From Nitrosopumilus sp. (GTDB taxonomy: Archaea > Thermoproteota > Nitrososphaeria > Nitrososphaerales > Nitrosopumilaceae): a stretch of 64,000 bases of DNA. The translations under genes and the position numbers were made by a program. The notes beneath the pieces were generated by a model, which made no database searches, was not told the DNA's origin, and saw nothing but the letters and a program-made list of their open reading frames with translations. Numbering within the stretch: the stretch's first letter is position 1; each line of letters begins with the position of its first letter. Of this stretch, positions 31,095 through 41,959 are shown in pieces. The DNA lies in assembly GCA_965219345.1 (NCBI GenBank), contig OZ244732.1:1120001-1184000 (forward strand), read 5' to 3'.

Positions 31095-32290
31095 ATTTTT
31101 GTTGACCTTTTCTTTTGTAATTTATTAGCTTCTGTTGATTGCAATCCCCACAATTCTACAAATCCTTTGGCTAATCTTTGATCAAATGTTGATTCTGATC
31201 CATATGTAGCAATATCATGATTGTACAATGAATTCTTGGATTTTCTTCCAACCACTCTTAGGCTCCCTTTGTACAGCTTGAGTTTCACACTTCCTGATAC
31301 TGGCTTTTGTGATGTCTCGATAAATCCATCCAAATCTGCTTTGAGAGGGTCTTGCCAAAGTCCTGAATATACCAAATAAGCCCATTCATCATCTATTAGT
31401 GACTTGAATTTGTTTTCATGTTTGGTATGAACCATCTTTTCTAAATCTGCATGCGCTTCAATCAAACAAGCTGCTGCGGGAGTTTCATATACTTCACGGG
31501 ATTTAATTCCAACAACTCTATCTTCAATATGATCAACTATTCCGACACCTGCAGCACCAGCTTTTTTGTTGATGTATTCAATAAGTTTTTGAGAATCCAA
31601 TACCTTTCCATCAGCTCCAACTGGGATTCCTTTTTCAAATTTAATTTCCAAATATGTTGGTTTGTCTGGCAAGTTTTTTGTTTTAACCCAAATAAATGCA
31701 TCCTCAGGCGGTTCATTGTATGGATCTTCCAACACCCCTCCTTCAATAGCACGTCCCCACAGGTTTTGATCAATACTAAATTTTTTTGCAACAGAATCAA
31801 TTTCAATTCCATGTTTCTTTGCAAACTTTAATTCGGTATCCCTGTCCAAGTTTTTGTCTCGAATTGGAGCTATGATGGGAAGGTTAGATCCAGAACGTAA
31901 TGAAATATCAAATCGCACTTGATCATTTCCTTTACCTGAACATCCATGTGCTAGTGATGTTACTTTTTCCTTTTTAGCAATCTCTAAAACTTTTTTTGCA
32001 ATTAATGGTCTTGCAAGTGCTGTAGCAAGACAATATTTTTTCTGATAAAGTGCATTGGCTTTAATTGATGGAAAAATGTAATCCTTGACAAACTCTTTTC
32101 TTGCATCGATGTTGTAGTGCTTTTTTACACCAAGTTTTTTTGCCTTGTCTGCTATTTTTTTACTATCACCACCTTGTCCAACATCTACTGTTACTGTGAT
32201 GACATCCATGTCATGTTCTGCTTGTAGATATTTTACAACCACTGAAGTGTCAAGTCCTCCAGAGAATGCAAGAATTCCTTTTTGAGTCAT
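31091..32290 (-). CDS. argG: Argininosuccinate synthase
   Basis: AFSGGLDTS, HGCSGKGNDQVRF, GIKSREVYE. Confidence 0.95.
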   Translation of the reverse strand: MTQKGILAFSGGLDTSVVVKYLQAEHDMDVITVTVDVGQGGDSKKIADKAKKLGVKKHYNIDARKEFVKDYIFPSIKANALYQKKYCLATALARPLIAKKVLEIAKKEKVTSLAHGCSGKGNDQVRFDISLRSGSNLPIIAPIRDKNLDRDTELKFAKKHGIEIDSVAKKFSIDQNLWGRAIEGGVLEDPYNEPPEDAFIWVKTKNLPDKPTYLEIKFEKGIPVGADGKVLDSQKLIEYINKKAGAAGVGIVDHIEDRVVGIKSREVYETPAAACLIEAHADLEKMVHTKHENKFKSLIDDEWAYLVYSGLWQDPLKADLDGFIETSQKPVSGSVKLKLYKGSLRVVGRKSKNSLYNHDIATYGSESTFDQRLAKGFVELWGLQSTEANKLQKKRSTKI

Positions 32291-32423
32291 GTGAGCATCT
32301 TTTTCGTTTTATTTTGGAATTTATCTTTTTGTGTTAGGCTGGGCTCCATTTTTTTCAAAAAACTTTTGCCTAGCTTAAGCTAAAATTCGATGATTATTTA
32401 ACCGCCAAATATAACGCTGTTTT

Positions 32424-33449
32424 ATGAAAACTCGTTCAGCAATTTTTGCAGGTATTGCAGGAATTGCACTGTTATCTGTATTGGGAGTGACTCTTAGTTC
32501 TAGTGATACTAGTCATGAAAATAAGATTCGTATTGCATATTTTCCAAACATTGGCCATGCTATTCCAATAGTAGGAATTGAAAAAGGATTCTTTGAAGAA
32601 AGAATTGGAGATCAAACTAAAATTGAAACCAGAGTTTTTGATAGCGGACCACAGGCAATAGAATCTCTATTTGCTAATTCTGTTGATCTTGCATATGTTG
32701 GACCAGGTCCTGCAATTAACGGATTTTTAAATTCAGATGATCATAACGTAAAGATTCTTGGAGGTGCCGCAAGTGGTGGTGCTAGCTTTATTGTTCATCC
32801 AAACTCTGAAATTAACTCAGTTTCAGACTTTGCAGGAAAAAAAATTGCCGCTCCTCAAATTGGTAATACACAAGATGTTTCATTACGTCATCATCTTTCT
32901 GAAAATGGATTAAAACCAGCTGAAAAGGGAGGTTCTGTAATTGTTTACAATATTTCAAATCCTGACATCTATACCCTATTTGTAAAAGGAGATATTGATG
33001 GTGCATGGATTGCAGAGCCTTGGGCCACAATTTTAGAAACCGAACTAGATGGAAAACGATTATTCCATGAAGAAGAATTATGGCCAAACAAGGAATTTGC
33101 ATCTGTTCTTTTAATTGGAAATGTAGATTACATTGAAAAAAATCCAATAATCATTGCTAATTTTTTGCAATCTCATCACGAAACAGTAACTTGGATTAAT
33201 ACAAATCCCATTGAAACTAGAATTGTTTTTAATGATTTTCTAAATTCATATTTAGGACAATCTTTGTCTGATGATGTTGTGGATATTGCATTGTCTAATC
33301 TTGTAATTACTGCAGATCCTTTACCTAATTCAGTTTTTTCCTTTGCTGAACGAGCTGATGCGCTAGGATACCTGGGAAGAAATGGGTACGATTTGTCTGA
33401 AATTTTTCTCAATTTTGATATAAATTCTATAGTGGAGGAAAGTACGTAG
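32424..33449 (+). CDS. ABC transporter substrate-binding protein, sulfonate/nitrate (SsuA-like)
   Basis: YFPNIGHA, YVGPGP, PQIGNTQD, EPW. Confidence 0.85.
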   Translation: MKTRSAIFAGIAGIALLSVLGVTLSSSDTSHENKIRIAYFPNIGHAIPIVGIEKGFFEERIGDQTKIETRVFDSGPQAIESLFANSVDLAYVGPGPAINGFLNSDDHNVKILGGAASGGASFIVHPNSEINSVSDFAGKKIAAPQIGNTQDVSLRHHLSENGLKPAEKGGSVIVYNISNPDIYTLFVKGDIDGAWIAEPWATILETELDGKRLFHEEELWPNKEFASVLLIGNVDYIEKNPIIIANFLQSHHETVTWINTNPIETRIVFNDFLNSYLGQSLSDDVVDIALSNLVITADPLPNSVFSFAERADALGYLGRNGYDLSEIFLNFDINSIVEEST

Positions 33450-34214
33450 ATGACTAAATTAGAAGCAAAAAATATTGTGAAGCACTTTAGTCACGACTCT
33501 CACAAACTTACAGCACTGGGTGGAATTAACCTAAAAGTTGAAGCTGGGGACTTTGTATGTTTGGTAGGTCCATCAGGTTGTGGGAAATCTACATTTTTAC
33601 GAATAATTGCAGGTTTGGAGAAACCTGATGCGGGACAAATTATGTTTGACAGTCATTCCGTTACTGAGACTAGCCCAGAGAGAATTATGGTATTTCAGGA
33701 GGGTGCGCTATTTCCATGGCTTACGGTTCAGGATAATGTGGAATTTGGATTAAAGATGGCGGGTATTCCAAAGGAGGAACGAGCAAAGATCTCAAATCGA
33801 TATCTGGATATGATGCAACTAACAAAATTTGCAGATTCTTATACTTATCAACTTTCAACTGGAATGAAACAGCGTGTAGCTATTGCTAGAGCTCTTGTAA
33901 TGGATCCTGATGTATTGTTGATGGACGAACCATTTGCAGCACTTGATGCACAAACTCGTGATTTACTATTAGTTGAGATGCAGCTAATTTGGGAAAAGAC
34001 AAAGAAGACAATTTTATTTGTAACTCATAATGTTGCAGAAGCTACAGTTCTTGGAACCAAAGTAGCTGTTTTCAGCAACCGTCCATCAATTATCAAAAAA
34101 GAATTTGAAAATAATTTTCCACGACCTAGGGTAACTGAAGATGAGTCATTACTCAAACTCCAACAAGACATCTTAACAGAACTTAGACCTGAGGTAAAAA
34201 AAAGTAGAGAGTGA
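33450..34214 (+). CDS. ABC transporter ATPase (SsuB/TauB-like)
   Basis: GPSGCGKST, LSTGMKQR, MDEPF. Confidence 0.9.
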   Translation: MTKLEAKNIVKHFSHDSHKLTALGGINLKVEAGDFVCLVGPSGCGKSTFLRIIAGLEKPDAGQIMFDSHSVTETSPERIMVFQEGALFPWLTVQDNVEFGLKMAGIPKEERAKISNRYLDMMQLTKFADSYTYQLSTGMKQRVAIARALVMDPDVLLMDEPFAALDAQTRDLLLVEMQLIWEKTKKTILFVTHNVAEATVLGTKVAVFSNRPSIIKKEFENNFPRPRVTEDESLLKLQQDILTELRPEVKKSRE

Positions 34215-34216
34215 TC

Positions 34217-34978
34217 ATGATGGGAAAAAATTTTACACCTCATAGAATTGCATTTTACATTGGAATTATTGTTGTTTGGCAAATTATTTCAATGGCAGGA
34301 GTTTGGCCTGATAATATTTTTCCATCTCCATATGAAGTAGCTGAAGACTTGGCATATGGTGCAGCAGATGGTAGTCTGTTTTATGGAATTGCAACTAGCA
34401 TGTGGAGATTATCTATTGGGTTAGCAATTGCAATTAGTGGAGGGGTTGTCTTGGGAATTTTCATGGCAAGAATTGAAGTTATCAATCAAACTTTAGGCTC
34501 TTTAGTTTTAGGATTGCAATCAATTCCTTCAATTGCATGGGTTCCACTTGCAATTCTTTGGTTTGGATTAACAGATGGCGGAATTATTTTTGTTACTGCA
34601 ATTGGGGCAATCTTTGCGGTTACAATAAACACCTACACTGGAGTCAAAAACATTGATCCTCACTATATTGAGGCTGCAAGAAATATGGGTGCAAAGGGTG
34701 GTCAGCTAATTACAGCTGTCTTGATACCTGCTGCATTTCCATACATGATTTCTGGCTTTAAACAAGGTTGGGCATTTGCATGGAGAGGCATAATTGGTGC
34801 TGAACTGTTATTTTCTTTCCTAGGACTAGGATTCCTACTTAATGCAGGACGTTCTCTAAATGATGTCTCACAAGTCATTGCAATAATGATTGTAATTATG
34901 GGAATTGGCCTTGTAATTGATGGCATTGTCTTCAAAAGATTAGAAAACAAAGTAATGTCTAGATGGGGATTACGGTAA
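34217..34978 (+). CDS. ABC transporter permease (SsuC-like)
   Basis: IPSIAWVP and EAARNMGA. Confidence 0.9.
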   Translation: MMGKNFTPHRIAFYIGIIVVWQIISMAGVWPDNIFPSPYEVAEDLAYGAADGSLFYGIATSMWRLSIGLAIAISGGVVLGIFMARIEVINQTLGSLVLGLQSIPSIAWVPLAILWFGLTDGGIIFVTAIGAIFAVTINTYTGVKNIDPHYIEAARNMGAKGGQLITAVLIPAAFPYMISGFKQGWAFAWRGIIGAELLFSFLGLGFLLNAGRSLNDVSQVIAIMIVIMGIGLVIDGIVFKRLENKVMSRWGLR

Positions 34979-34994
34979 TCTTAGAAATTATTTT

Positions 34995-36095
34995 TTATAT
35001 TCTAACTTTTAGTGATACTGCAAAAGCACATGCAATAATTGCAATTGCAAAATACATTACTGCAATATAGTCAAATGCAAATGCAATACTTCCTGCGATT
35101 ACAGGACCCAATACTGTAGCAATTGATAATGTAGAGCTAAAGATTCCAGTGGATGTGGAGCGTGGATTGTTCTCCATTAGATGAAAGTTTCCCCCAATGA
35201 ATAAAAATGCCCATGTTCCACCCACAAGTGCCATAAATGGCATTGCCATCCACCAATCAGTAATTACTGATAATCCTACAAATACAAATACAGTACAACC
35301 AATTCCAATTTTAAATTTAGTTATATTTGAGATATTAATCCTGCTTGCCATCAAGTTCATCAAAATAAATGCAGTCAATGTATTTGCAACATAGATGATT
35401 GATATTTGATAAAGTTCTGCACCTAATTTTTCTATTAACATTAACGGAAGAATTGTCCATACAGCTGCTGCTCCAATATGTCTTAGTAATAATGATAAGA
35501 ACAGAAACTTATTTTTTAAAATAATTTTCTTTGTAGTTCCTGGTTCTAACTCTTTTTCCTGAATTGTGTTTGGTAACTTTATTGTAAACATTAATCCAAT
35601 TAAAAATGAGGCTGCACTAATTATGAAAATTAATTTTAGATCATTTGCAAATCCAGCAGCTGCAATTCCTGCAAGCCATCCTAATGCATGAAATGAAATT
35701 ATAGTAGCAGCTCTTTTTCTCTCAACATTTATCTCATATGCATATGCAATCATTGCAGGGATCATAATTCCACTTGCAATTCCCGCTCCTATTCTTGCCA
35801 GAAATAACAGAGTAATGTCATCTGCAAAATAATGTAATCCAAAGGCTGCAGCACATCCAATGAAGCCAATTCTGATGAATTTGAGCCTAGTTCCCTTCTT
35901 ATCTGAATGTCTGCCAAAATAGATTTCAGATAAAATCTGAGCAAAGCTAAATGAGGCTACAATAAGTCCAATCTCAAGGATGGAATCTGTAACACCTTTT
36001 GCAATAATGGGCATAAATACAAAGATAATGGATACTCCAGCATGTTGAAAAAAGGTTGCACTACGAATTCGATTATTTAATTGAAGATTTTGCAT
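34995..36095 (-). CDS. MFS transporter
   Basis: About 12 hydrophobic segments; GRHSDKKG motif A. Confidence 0.8.
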   Translation of the reverse strand: MQNLQLNNRIRSATFFQHAGVSIIFVFMPIIAKGVTDSILEIGLIVASFSFAQILSEIYFGRHSDKKGTRLKFIRIGFIGCAAAFGLHYFADDITLLFLARIGAGIASGIMIPAMIAYAYEINVERKRAATIISFHALGWLAGIAAAGFANDLKLIFIISAASFLIGLMFTIKLPNTIQEKELEPGTTKKIILKNKFLFLSLLLRHIGAAAVWTILPLMLIEKLGAELYQISIIYVANTLTAFILMNLMASRINISNITKFKIGIGCTVFVFVGLSVITDWWMAMPFMALVGGTWAFLFIGGNFHLMENNPRSTSTGIFSSTLSIATVLGPVIAGSIAFAFDYIAVMYFAIAIIACAFAVSLKVRI

Positions 36096-36208
36096 AAATG
36101 TACATGTAATTCACCTTTTACCTAATTTCAACATACGTATCAATCACCTCAATGTTTGTGGATTTTTCTGAAAAGAGTTAAACTGTGCTAAAACATTTTG
36201 AAATTAGG

Positions 36209-37171
36209 TTGACAGAAAAAGAACTATTTTTAGATGCATTACAAAATAGAATCTTACTTTTTGATGGTGCAATGGGAACTGAGATTCAAAAGCATGATCC
36301 AAAACCAGAAGACTTTCCAAACAATCAAGATGGTTTTAATGATGGTTTAGTGTTGACGCATCCTGAATGGATTAAAGAAATTCACAGAAATTATTTGGAT
36401 GCAGGAGCTGATTGTATTGAAACAAATTCTTTTGGCTCAAACAAAATAAAATTAGATGAATATGGTTTTGGTGATCAAACAGTTGATTTTAATAAAAAAA
36501 TTGCACAATTAGCATCTGAAGTTTGTGAAAAATATTCAGAAACACCACGATATGTAATTGGTTCTATGGGCCCAACAGGTTTTCTTCCCAGCTCAACTGA
36601 TCCTGACTTGGGACAAAAACCACTTGATGAAATTAGAGAAGCATTTGAGCTACAGGCAGAAGGATTGATTCTTGGGGGCGTTGATGCATTACTCGTTGAA
36701 ACGAGTCAGGATATCTTAGAAGTAAAATTAGTAATTGAGGCATGTCATAATGCCATAAAAAAGACCGGTAAGAAAATTCCCATCATTTCTAATACTACTT
36801 TAGATCAATATGGAAAAATGTTGCTTGGAACAAATATCCAAGCTGCATACACAACAGTTTCTGATATGGGAATTGATGTGTTTGGATTGAATTGCTCTAC
36901 TGGCCCAATTGAAATGAATCCAAGTGTAAGATGGCTTGATGAACAAAATGAACACAGTATATTGGTAGTTCCAAACGCAGGTATGCCTGAAAATCAAGGA
37001 GGAAAGGCAGTATACAAGATGACTCCTGAAAAGATGGGTGATGCACTAGGTGATTTTCTTAATCAATACAAAAAGGTACGAATCATTGGTGGTTGTTGTG
37101 GAACAAATCCTGAACACATCAAAGTTCTGAGAAAAGTAATTGACGAAAAAGCCAACTCTCTCAAGGGTTAG
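36209..37171 (+). CDS. metH: Split B12-dependent methionine synthase, homocysteine-binding subunit
   Basis: DGAMGT, GLNC, PNAG, GGCCGT. Confidence 0.9.
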   Translation: MTEKELFLDALQNRILLFDGAMGTEIQKHDPKPEDFPNNQDGFNDGLVLTHPEWIKEIHRNYLDAGADCIETNSFGSNKIKLDEYGFGDQTVDFNKKIAQLASEVCEKYSETPRYVIGSMGPTGFLPSSTDPDLGQKPLDEIREAFELQAEGLILGGVDALLVETSQDILEVKLVIEACHNAIKKTGKKIPIISNTTLDQYGKMLLGTNIQAAYTTVSDMGIDVFGLNCSTGPIEMNPSVRWLDEQNEHSILVVPNAGMPENQGGKAVYKMTPEKMGDALGDFLNQYKKVRIIGGCCGTNPEHIKVLRKVIDEKANSLKG

Positions 37172-37203
37172 GTATTTAGAAAAACTGAGGTGATTTTATT
37201 ATA

Positions 37204-39702
37204 TTGGCTATCCCTAGAGTAAGTTCTGCACTAAAAGCAGTTGATCTAAAACAAATTCCAACCCCTCTAATCATTGGGGAGAGAATTAACACTCAGGGTT
37301 CTCATAAAGCAAAGCAGCTAGTTCTTGCTGATGATTATGACGGTCTAGTTGATTTGGCAAGGGCACAGGTTGAAGATGGTGCTCATTGTCTTGATGTTTG
37401 CGTTGCAACTACAGAACGTTCTGACGAACGTGAGTTTATGTTAAATCTCGTTAAAAGATTAAGTTTGGAAATTGATGCACCCCTTGTAATTGATTCAACC
37501 GATCCCGAAGTGGTTGAAGCATCCGTAAAACAAATTCCAGGAAGACCAATAATTAATTCAATTAATCTTGAAGGGGATGGTAGCAGATTTCAAAAGCTAG
37601 CTCCCATAATGGCAAAGTATGGATTGCCTTCCATTGCATTGTGCATTGGACCAAATGGTATGGCAAAAACTCCACAACAAAAGGTAGAGACTGCTGAACT
37701 TCTTTATGAAACTGGAAAAAAATATGGGTTAAAAATTGAACAATTTATTTTTGATGTCCTTACATTTACTTTAGCTACGGGAGAAGATGAATTTCTTGAC
37801 GCAGGAAAAAATACTTTAGAAGGAATTCGTCTTGTTAAGGAAAGATTCCCAAACTCATTTACTACATTAGGCCTTAGCAACATCAGCTTTGGCCTTGCCC
37901 CATATGCAAGAAAAATTATTAATTCAGTATTTCTGTATCATGCACTAAAGTCTGGACTTGACACAGCTATTGTAAATGCTAAAGAGATTATTCCTTATGG
38001 TGAGATTAATGACAAAGAGCGAAAACTTACTGAAGATTTAATTTTTAACACTCATCCAAATGCCCTACCGGAATTAATTTCTTATTTTGAAAAGATAGAT
38101 TCCAAAAGTAGTACTTCTGACAAAAAAGTTGATGTTGATCCTTCTTGGTCTCCTGGAAAACGCGCTAATTTCAGAATTGTAAATAGGCTCAAAAATGGTA
38201 TTCAGAATGATGTTGTATCTGCAATTGCAGAAAAGCTAGGTAAAAATGAACTAATCAAAGAAAATGATGGAATTTTGTCTCTGGATGCTACTCAAGAAAT
38301 TACACATGATGGTGCAATCAGAACTCTCAATGAAGACTTACTTCCTGCAATGAAGGAGGTTGGCGATAAATTTGGTGCAGGAGAGTTAATCTTACCATTT
38401 GTTCTCAAATCTGCTGAATGTATGAAAGCAGCAGTTGATGAACTTGAAAAGTATTTGCTAAAAAAAGAGGGAGTTAGTAAAGGTAAGCTTGTTTTGGGAA
38501 CAGTTTATGGCGATGTGCATGATATTGGAAAGAATTTGGTAAAGACAATCTTTCAAAATAATGGTTACACTGTATATGATTTGGGCAAACAAGTTCCATT
38601 ACAAAAATTCTTAGAAAAAATTGATGAAGTTAATCCTGATGCTATAGGTTTGTCTGCATTGTTAGTTTCAACTTCAAAGCAGATGCAGTTTTTTGTAGAA
38701 CATGCAAGAAAAAACAAAATGACTCTCCCAATTCTCTGTGGTGGTGCTGCAATTAACACCAACTACATTAACAGAATTGCAAAAGTTGATGGAATCTACG
38801 AACCTGGTGTATTTTACTGCAATACCATGTTTGAAGGGCTTAAAACAATGGATGTTTTGGTTTCAGATGAAAAACCAAAACTTTTAGCTACATGGAAAGA
38901 AAAGATGGAAAATTGGAAAGAAAAATCTACGGCTTCAGTAGATTCAGCAAACCTTCCAAAGAGTGACATTAAACCGGTAGAATTCCCAACTCCTAAAAGT
39001 ATTGGAGAAACAATTCATCTAAAAGCAGATCAAATCAATATGGATGAAGTTTGGCAGATGATTGACAAAAAATCACTATTCAAGTTATCTTGGGGTCTCA
39101 GAGGAAAAGCAGGCTCTGAATCAGAGGAAGACCATGAAGATTTGTTAAACCAATGGAAGATTAGAATAATTAGAGAAAAACTCTTCGAGTCTGAGGTAGT
39201 CTATGGGTACTTTAGATGTCACAACAAAGATGGAAAATTACTTGTTGAAAATCCTGCAGGTAATGATGTGGAATTTGATTTTCCACGTTCTACAAAACCA
39301 GAACATCTCTGTTTGACTGATTATTTTGGTAAAGATGACATTGTTGCATTCCAATCAGTAACCGTGGGCAACAAAGTAGTAGAAATAATAGAACAATGGA
39401 ACAAAGAAGACAAGTATGCTGATGCTTACTATTTACATGGATTGGCAGTTGAAGTGGCAGAAGCCTTGGCAGAATGGATTAATCAAAAAATTAAATCTGA
39501 ACTGAATCTAGAACAAGGTGGACTCCGATACAGCTGGGGATTTCCTAGTTGCCCTGACGTATCACAACATCATTTAGTCTGGAAACTCTTACATCCAGAA
39601 AAATCTGGAATGACATTAACCGAATCTGGTCAAATTATTCCTGAACAATCAACTGCAGCAATTGTTATTCATCATCCAAAAGCAAAATATTTTGTACTTT
39701 AA
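37204..39702 (+). CDS. metH: Split methionine synthase, pterin-binding/B12-binding/activation subunit
   Basis: IIGERIN, GDVHDIGKNLV, RYSWGFPSCPD. Confidence 0.92.
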   Translation: MAIPRVSSALKAVDLKQIPTPLIIGERINTQGSHKAKQLVLADDYDGLVDLARAQVEDGAHCLDVCVATTERSDEREFMLNLVKRLSLEIDAPLVIDSTDPEVVEASVKQIPGRPIINSINLEGDGSRFQKLAPIMAKYGLPSIALCIGPNGMAKTPQQKVETAELLYETGKKYGLKIEQFIFDVLTFTLATGEDEFLDAGKNTLEGIRLVKERFPNSFTTLGLSNISFGLAPYARKIINSVFLYHALKSGLDTAIVNAKEIIPYGEINDKERKLTEDLIFNTHPNALPELISYFEKIDSKSSTSDKKVDVDPSWSPGKRANFRIVNRLKNGIQNDVVSAIAEKLGKNELIKENDGILSLDATQEITHDGAIRTLNEDLLPAMKEVGDKFGAGELILPFVLKSAECMKAAVDELEKYLLKKEGVSKGKLVLGTVYGDVHDIGKNLVKTIFQNNGYTVYDLGKQVPLQKFLEKIDEVNPDAIGLSALLVSTSKQMQFFVEHARKNKMTLPILCGGAAINTNYINRIAKVDGIYEPGVFYCNTMFEGLKTMDVLVSDEKPKLLATWKEKMENWKEKSTASVDSANLPKSDIKPVEFPTPKSIGETIHLKADQINMDEVWQMIDKKSLFKLSWGLRGKAGSESEEDHEDLLNQWKIRIIREKLFESEVVYGYFRCHNKDGKLLVENPAGNDVEFDFPRSTKPEHLCLTDYFGKDDIVAFQSVTVGNKVVEIIEQWNKEDKYADAYYLHGLAVEVAEALAEWINQKIKSELNLEQGGLRYSWGFPSCPDVSQHHLVWKLLHPEKSGMTLTESGQIIPEQSTAAIVIHHPKAKYFVL

Positions 39703-40436
39703 CTAACTGATTTTTCTAAAAATTCATTCAAGCCATTAAAATCACTGGGTGATGTAATCAATACATCCCCTGTAATTTTATGTGCTTTTTTTACAAATTC
39801 CTCAAACTCTTGACTGTGTGATGAGAATTCCAAATTCAAAAATTTGGCAGATTTTTGATTTTTTTCAGAAGGAAATAAGATAATTGGAATTACTAAAAAT
39901 CCTTTTAAATTGTTGGAGAGATTTTGCACTTGTTCTAGATTTTCAACTACTTGTGTCATGAATCCTTTGGGATTTGCTTCTAATTTTTTTCCAATTTTAG
40001 AAAAATTGGGTTTATTTGAAATTGAAAGATATAAATCAATTTTTGAATCAATACCTTTCTCTCTTAGTCTCTTTACAGTTGTGCTTGGAATCTGATCTAA
40101 ATCTAGTTTCCCAGTTTGTGATGGGTCTCCCATGAGTACCAAAATCCCTGAAAGGCCTATGGAGATACAATTCTCTACAAATTCTGAAATCTCTTTTTCA
40201 CTCTTGTCTCTAACTCTAAGACTAATTGTAATTGGAATATCCGGAATTTCTTTTCTAATGATCTTTCCAACTTCAATTGGTGATACCCTTTGATACCCTA
40301 ACACATTTTCAGTAAGATGTATTGCATCACATTTTTTTGAAATAATTTTTATTTTTTCGATAAATTTTACAATTGATTCATTTGTGTCCACATTAGGCAA
40401 AATCTTAGGTGGATTTGCTTCATATCTGATTGTCAT
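39699..40436 (-). CDS. metF: Methylenetetrahydrofolate reductase-like protein
   Basis: LRVRD, LMGDP, FMTQ; convergent with metH. Confidence 0.7.
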   Translation of the reverse strand: MTIRYEANPPKILPNVDTNESIVKFIEKIKIISKKCDAIHLTENVLGYQRVSPIEVGKIIRKEIPDIPITISLRVRDKSEKEISEFVENCISIGLSGILVLMGDPSQTGKLDLDQIPSTTVKRLREKGIDSKIDLYLSISNKPNFSKIGKKLEANPKGFMTQVVENLEQVQNLSNNLKGFLVIPIILFPSEKNQKSAKFLNLEFSSHSQEFEEFVKKAHKITGDVLITSPSDFNGLNEFLEKSVS

Positions 40437-40510
40437 GCTGTCATTTTTTCTGTCCTTGGTTAAAACCTTTGAATACCAAAACCCAAATGGAATTGTAGGA
40501 AAGAAATAAG

Positions 40511-41059
40511 ATGCTTTTTGATGATTTAAAACCAATACTTTCAAGCCCCATAAATCCTATGATAGAAACTGATGGAAGATACAGATTGGCGTCAGTGCTT
40601 GTAGTAATTTATGGTAAAGAACCAACTATTATAATGACTGAAAAACCTAAACATATGAGATTTCATGCAGGCGAAATTTCATTTCCTGGTGGAAAATTAG
40701 ATGCCGGCGATTCGGATCTTTTACAAACAGCATTACGTGAAACAAGTGAAGAAATTGGACTTGAAATTACAAAAGAACAGATAACTGGTCAATTGGAACC
40801 TGTTGTTACTTTGAATTCTGGTTTTTTGATTTTACCATTTATCTCAGTTATTGATGAGATTCCAACACTTGCAGCAAACTCTGAAGTTGAAAAAATTTTT
40901 CATATTAAACTAGAACCCTTTTTGAAAACTATGGCAAATGATCCAAATCCATCTCATAACATCATTCAAGAAATGTACACTTTTGAATATCAAAATCAAA
41001 TAGTGTGGGGAGCTTCAGCTAGAATCCTAAGACAAATACAAAATCTTCTAAAACCCTGA
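40511..41059 (+). CDS. Nudix hydrolase (CoA pyrophosphatase family)
   Basis: HAGEISFPGG, ALRETSEEIG, VWGASA. Confidence 0.9.
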   Translation: MLFDDLKPILSSPINPMIETDGRYRLASVLVVIYGKEPTIIMTEKPKHMRFHAGEISFPGGKLDAGDSDLLQTALRETSEEIGLEITKEQITGQLEPVVTLNSGFLILPFISVIDEIPTLAANSEVEKIFHIKLEPFLKTMANDPNPSHNIIQEMYTFEYQNQIVWGASARILRQIQNLLKP

Positions 41060-41096
41060 GATTCATTTAAAAAGAGCTCTTCGTGCCTGAAAATCT

Positions 41097-41255
41097 ATGG
41101 CCGCACGCAAGTCTTCTCCGAGAAAGATTCGCCTGCTAAAAAAAACAAAGCAGGCAGTACCAGTACCAGCTTGGATAATTCTCAAAACAAAGCGAGCTGT
41201 TAGAACAAATCCAAAACGTAGAGCTTGGAGATCAACTGATGTGGAGGTAGGATAG
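41097..41255 (+). CDS. rpl39e: 50S ribosomal protein L39e (not in the ORF track)
   Basis: Hand translation MAARKSSPRKIRLLKK...VPAWIILKT...RRAWRS; precedes rpl31e. Confidence 0.92.
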   Translation: MAARKSSPRKIRLLKKTKQAVPVPAWIILKTKRAVRTNPKRRAWRSTDVEVG

Positions 41256-41924
41256 ATGTCTCAAGAATTAGAAAGAGTTTATACAATTAATCTAGGTAAA
41301 GTCAAGCTCTCACAGTCACAACATAGAGCTGTTAGAGCAATTAACATGATTAAAGAATTTGCTCGTCATCATATGAAAGTCGAGGAAATTAAAATTGAAG
41401 AAGAACTAGCTCATCAAGTTTGGGCAAGAGGAATCAGAAGTCCTCCAAGAAAAATTCGAGTTAGAATGAGCAAGACCGATGAAGGTTATATTCTTGTTTC
41501 TCAATATGACGAAGAAGCAGAATCTAAAGTTACTCCTGAAAAAGATGCCAAGAAAGTTGAAGATCAAGTAGAAGAACCATCTACGGAAGCCAAGAAAGTT
41601 GAAGATCAAGTAGAAGAACCATCTACGGAAGCCAAGAAAGTTGAAGATCAAGTAGAAGAACCATCTACGGAAGCCAAGAAAGTTGAAGATAAAATAGAAG
41701 AACCATCTACGGAAGCCAAGAAAGTTGAAGATAAAATAGAGAAGCCAGCTAAAGAAGCACCAAAGAAAGAGAAGCCAATACCAAAGAAAGAGAAGCCAGC
41801 TAAAGAAGCACCAAAGGAAGAGAAGCCAGCTAAAGAAGCACCAAAGAAAGAGAAGCCAGCTAAAGAAGCACCAAAGGAAGAGAAGCCAGCTAAAGAAGCA
41901 CCAAAGAAAGAACCTAAAAAATAA
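41256..41924 (+). CDS. rpl31e: 50S ribosomal protein L31e with a long repetitive C-terminal tail
   Basis: ERVYTINL, WARGIRSPPRKIRV. Confidence 0.92.
   Translation: MSQELERVYTINLGKVKLSQSQHRAVRAINMIKEFARHHMKVEEIKIEEELAHQVWARGIRSPPRKIRVRMSKTDEGYILVSQYDEEAESKVTPEKDAKKVEDQVEEPSTEAKKVEDQVEEPSTEAKKVEDQVEEPSTEAKKVEDKIEEPSTEAKKVEDKIEKPAKEAPKKEKPIPKKEKPAKEAPKEEKPAKEAPKKEKPAKEAPKEEKPAKEAPKKEPKK
41547..41912 (+). repeat. 42-bp (about 4.5 copies, AKKVEDQVEEPSTE) then 30-bp (about 5 copies, EKPAKEAPK(K/E)) coding tandem repeats
   Basis: Read directly. Confidence 0.9.
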
Positions 41925-41959
41925 ATTCCTTCAAAAAATTATAATTTTAAAAAATTATT

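Noticed and set aside
36209-39702. Split metH as a pseudogene or novelty
   Set aside because: Both halves are intact with clean domain boundaries; split MetH is a known arrangement.
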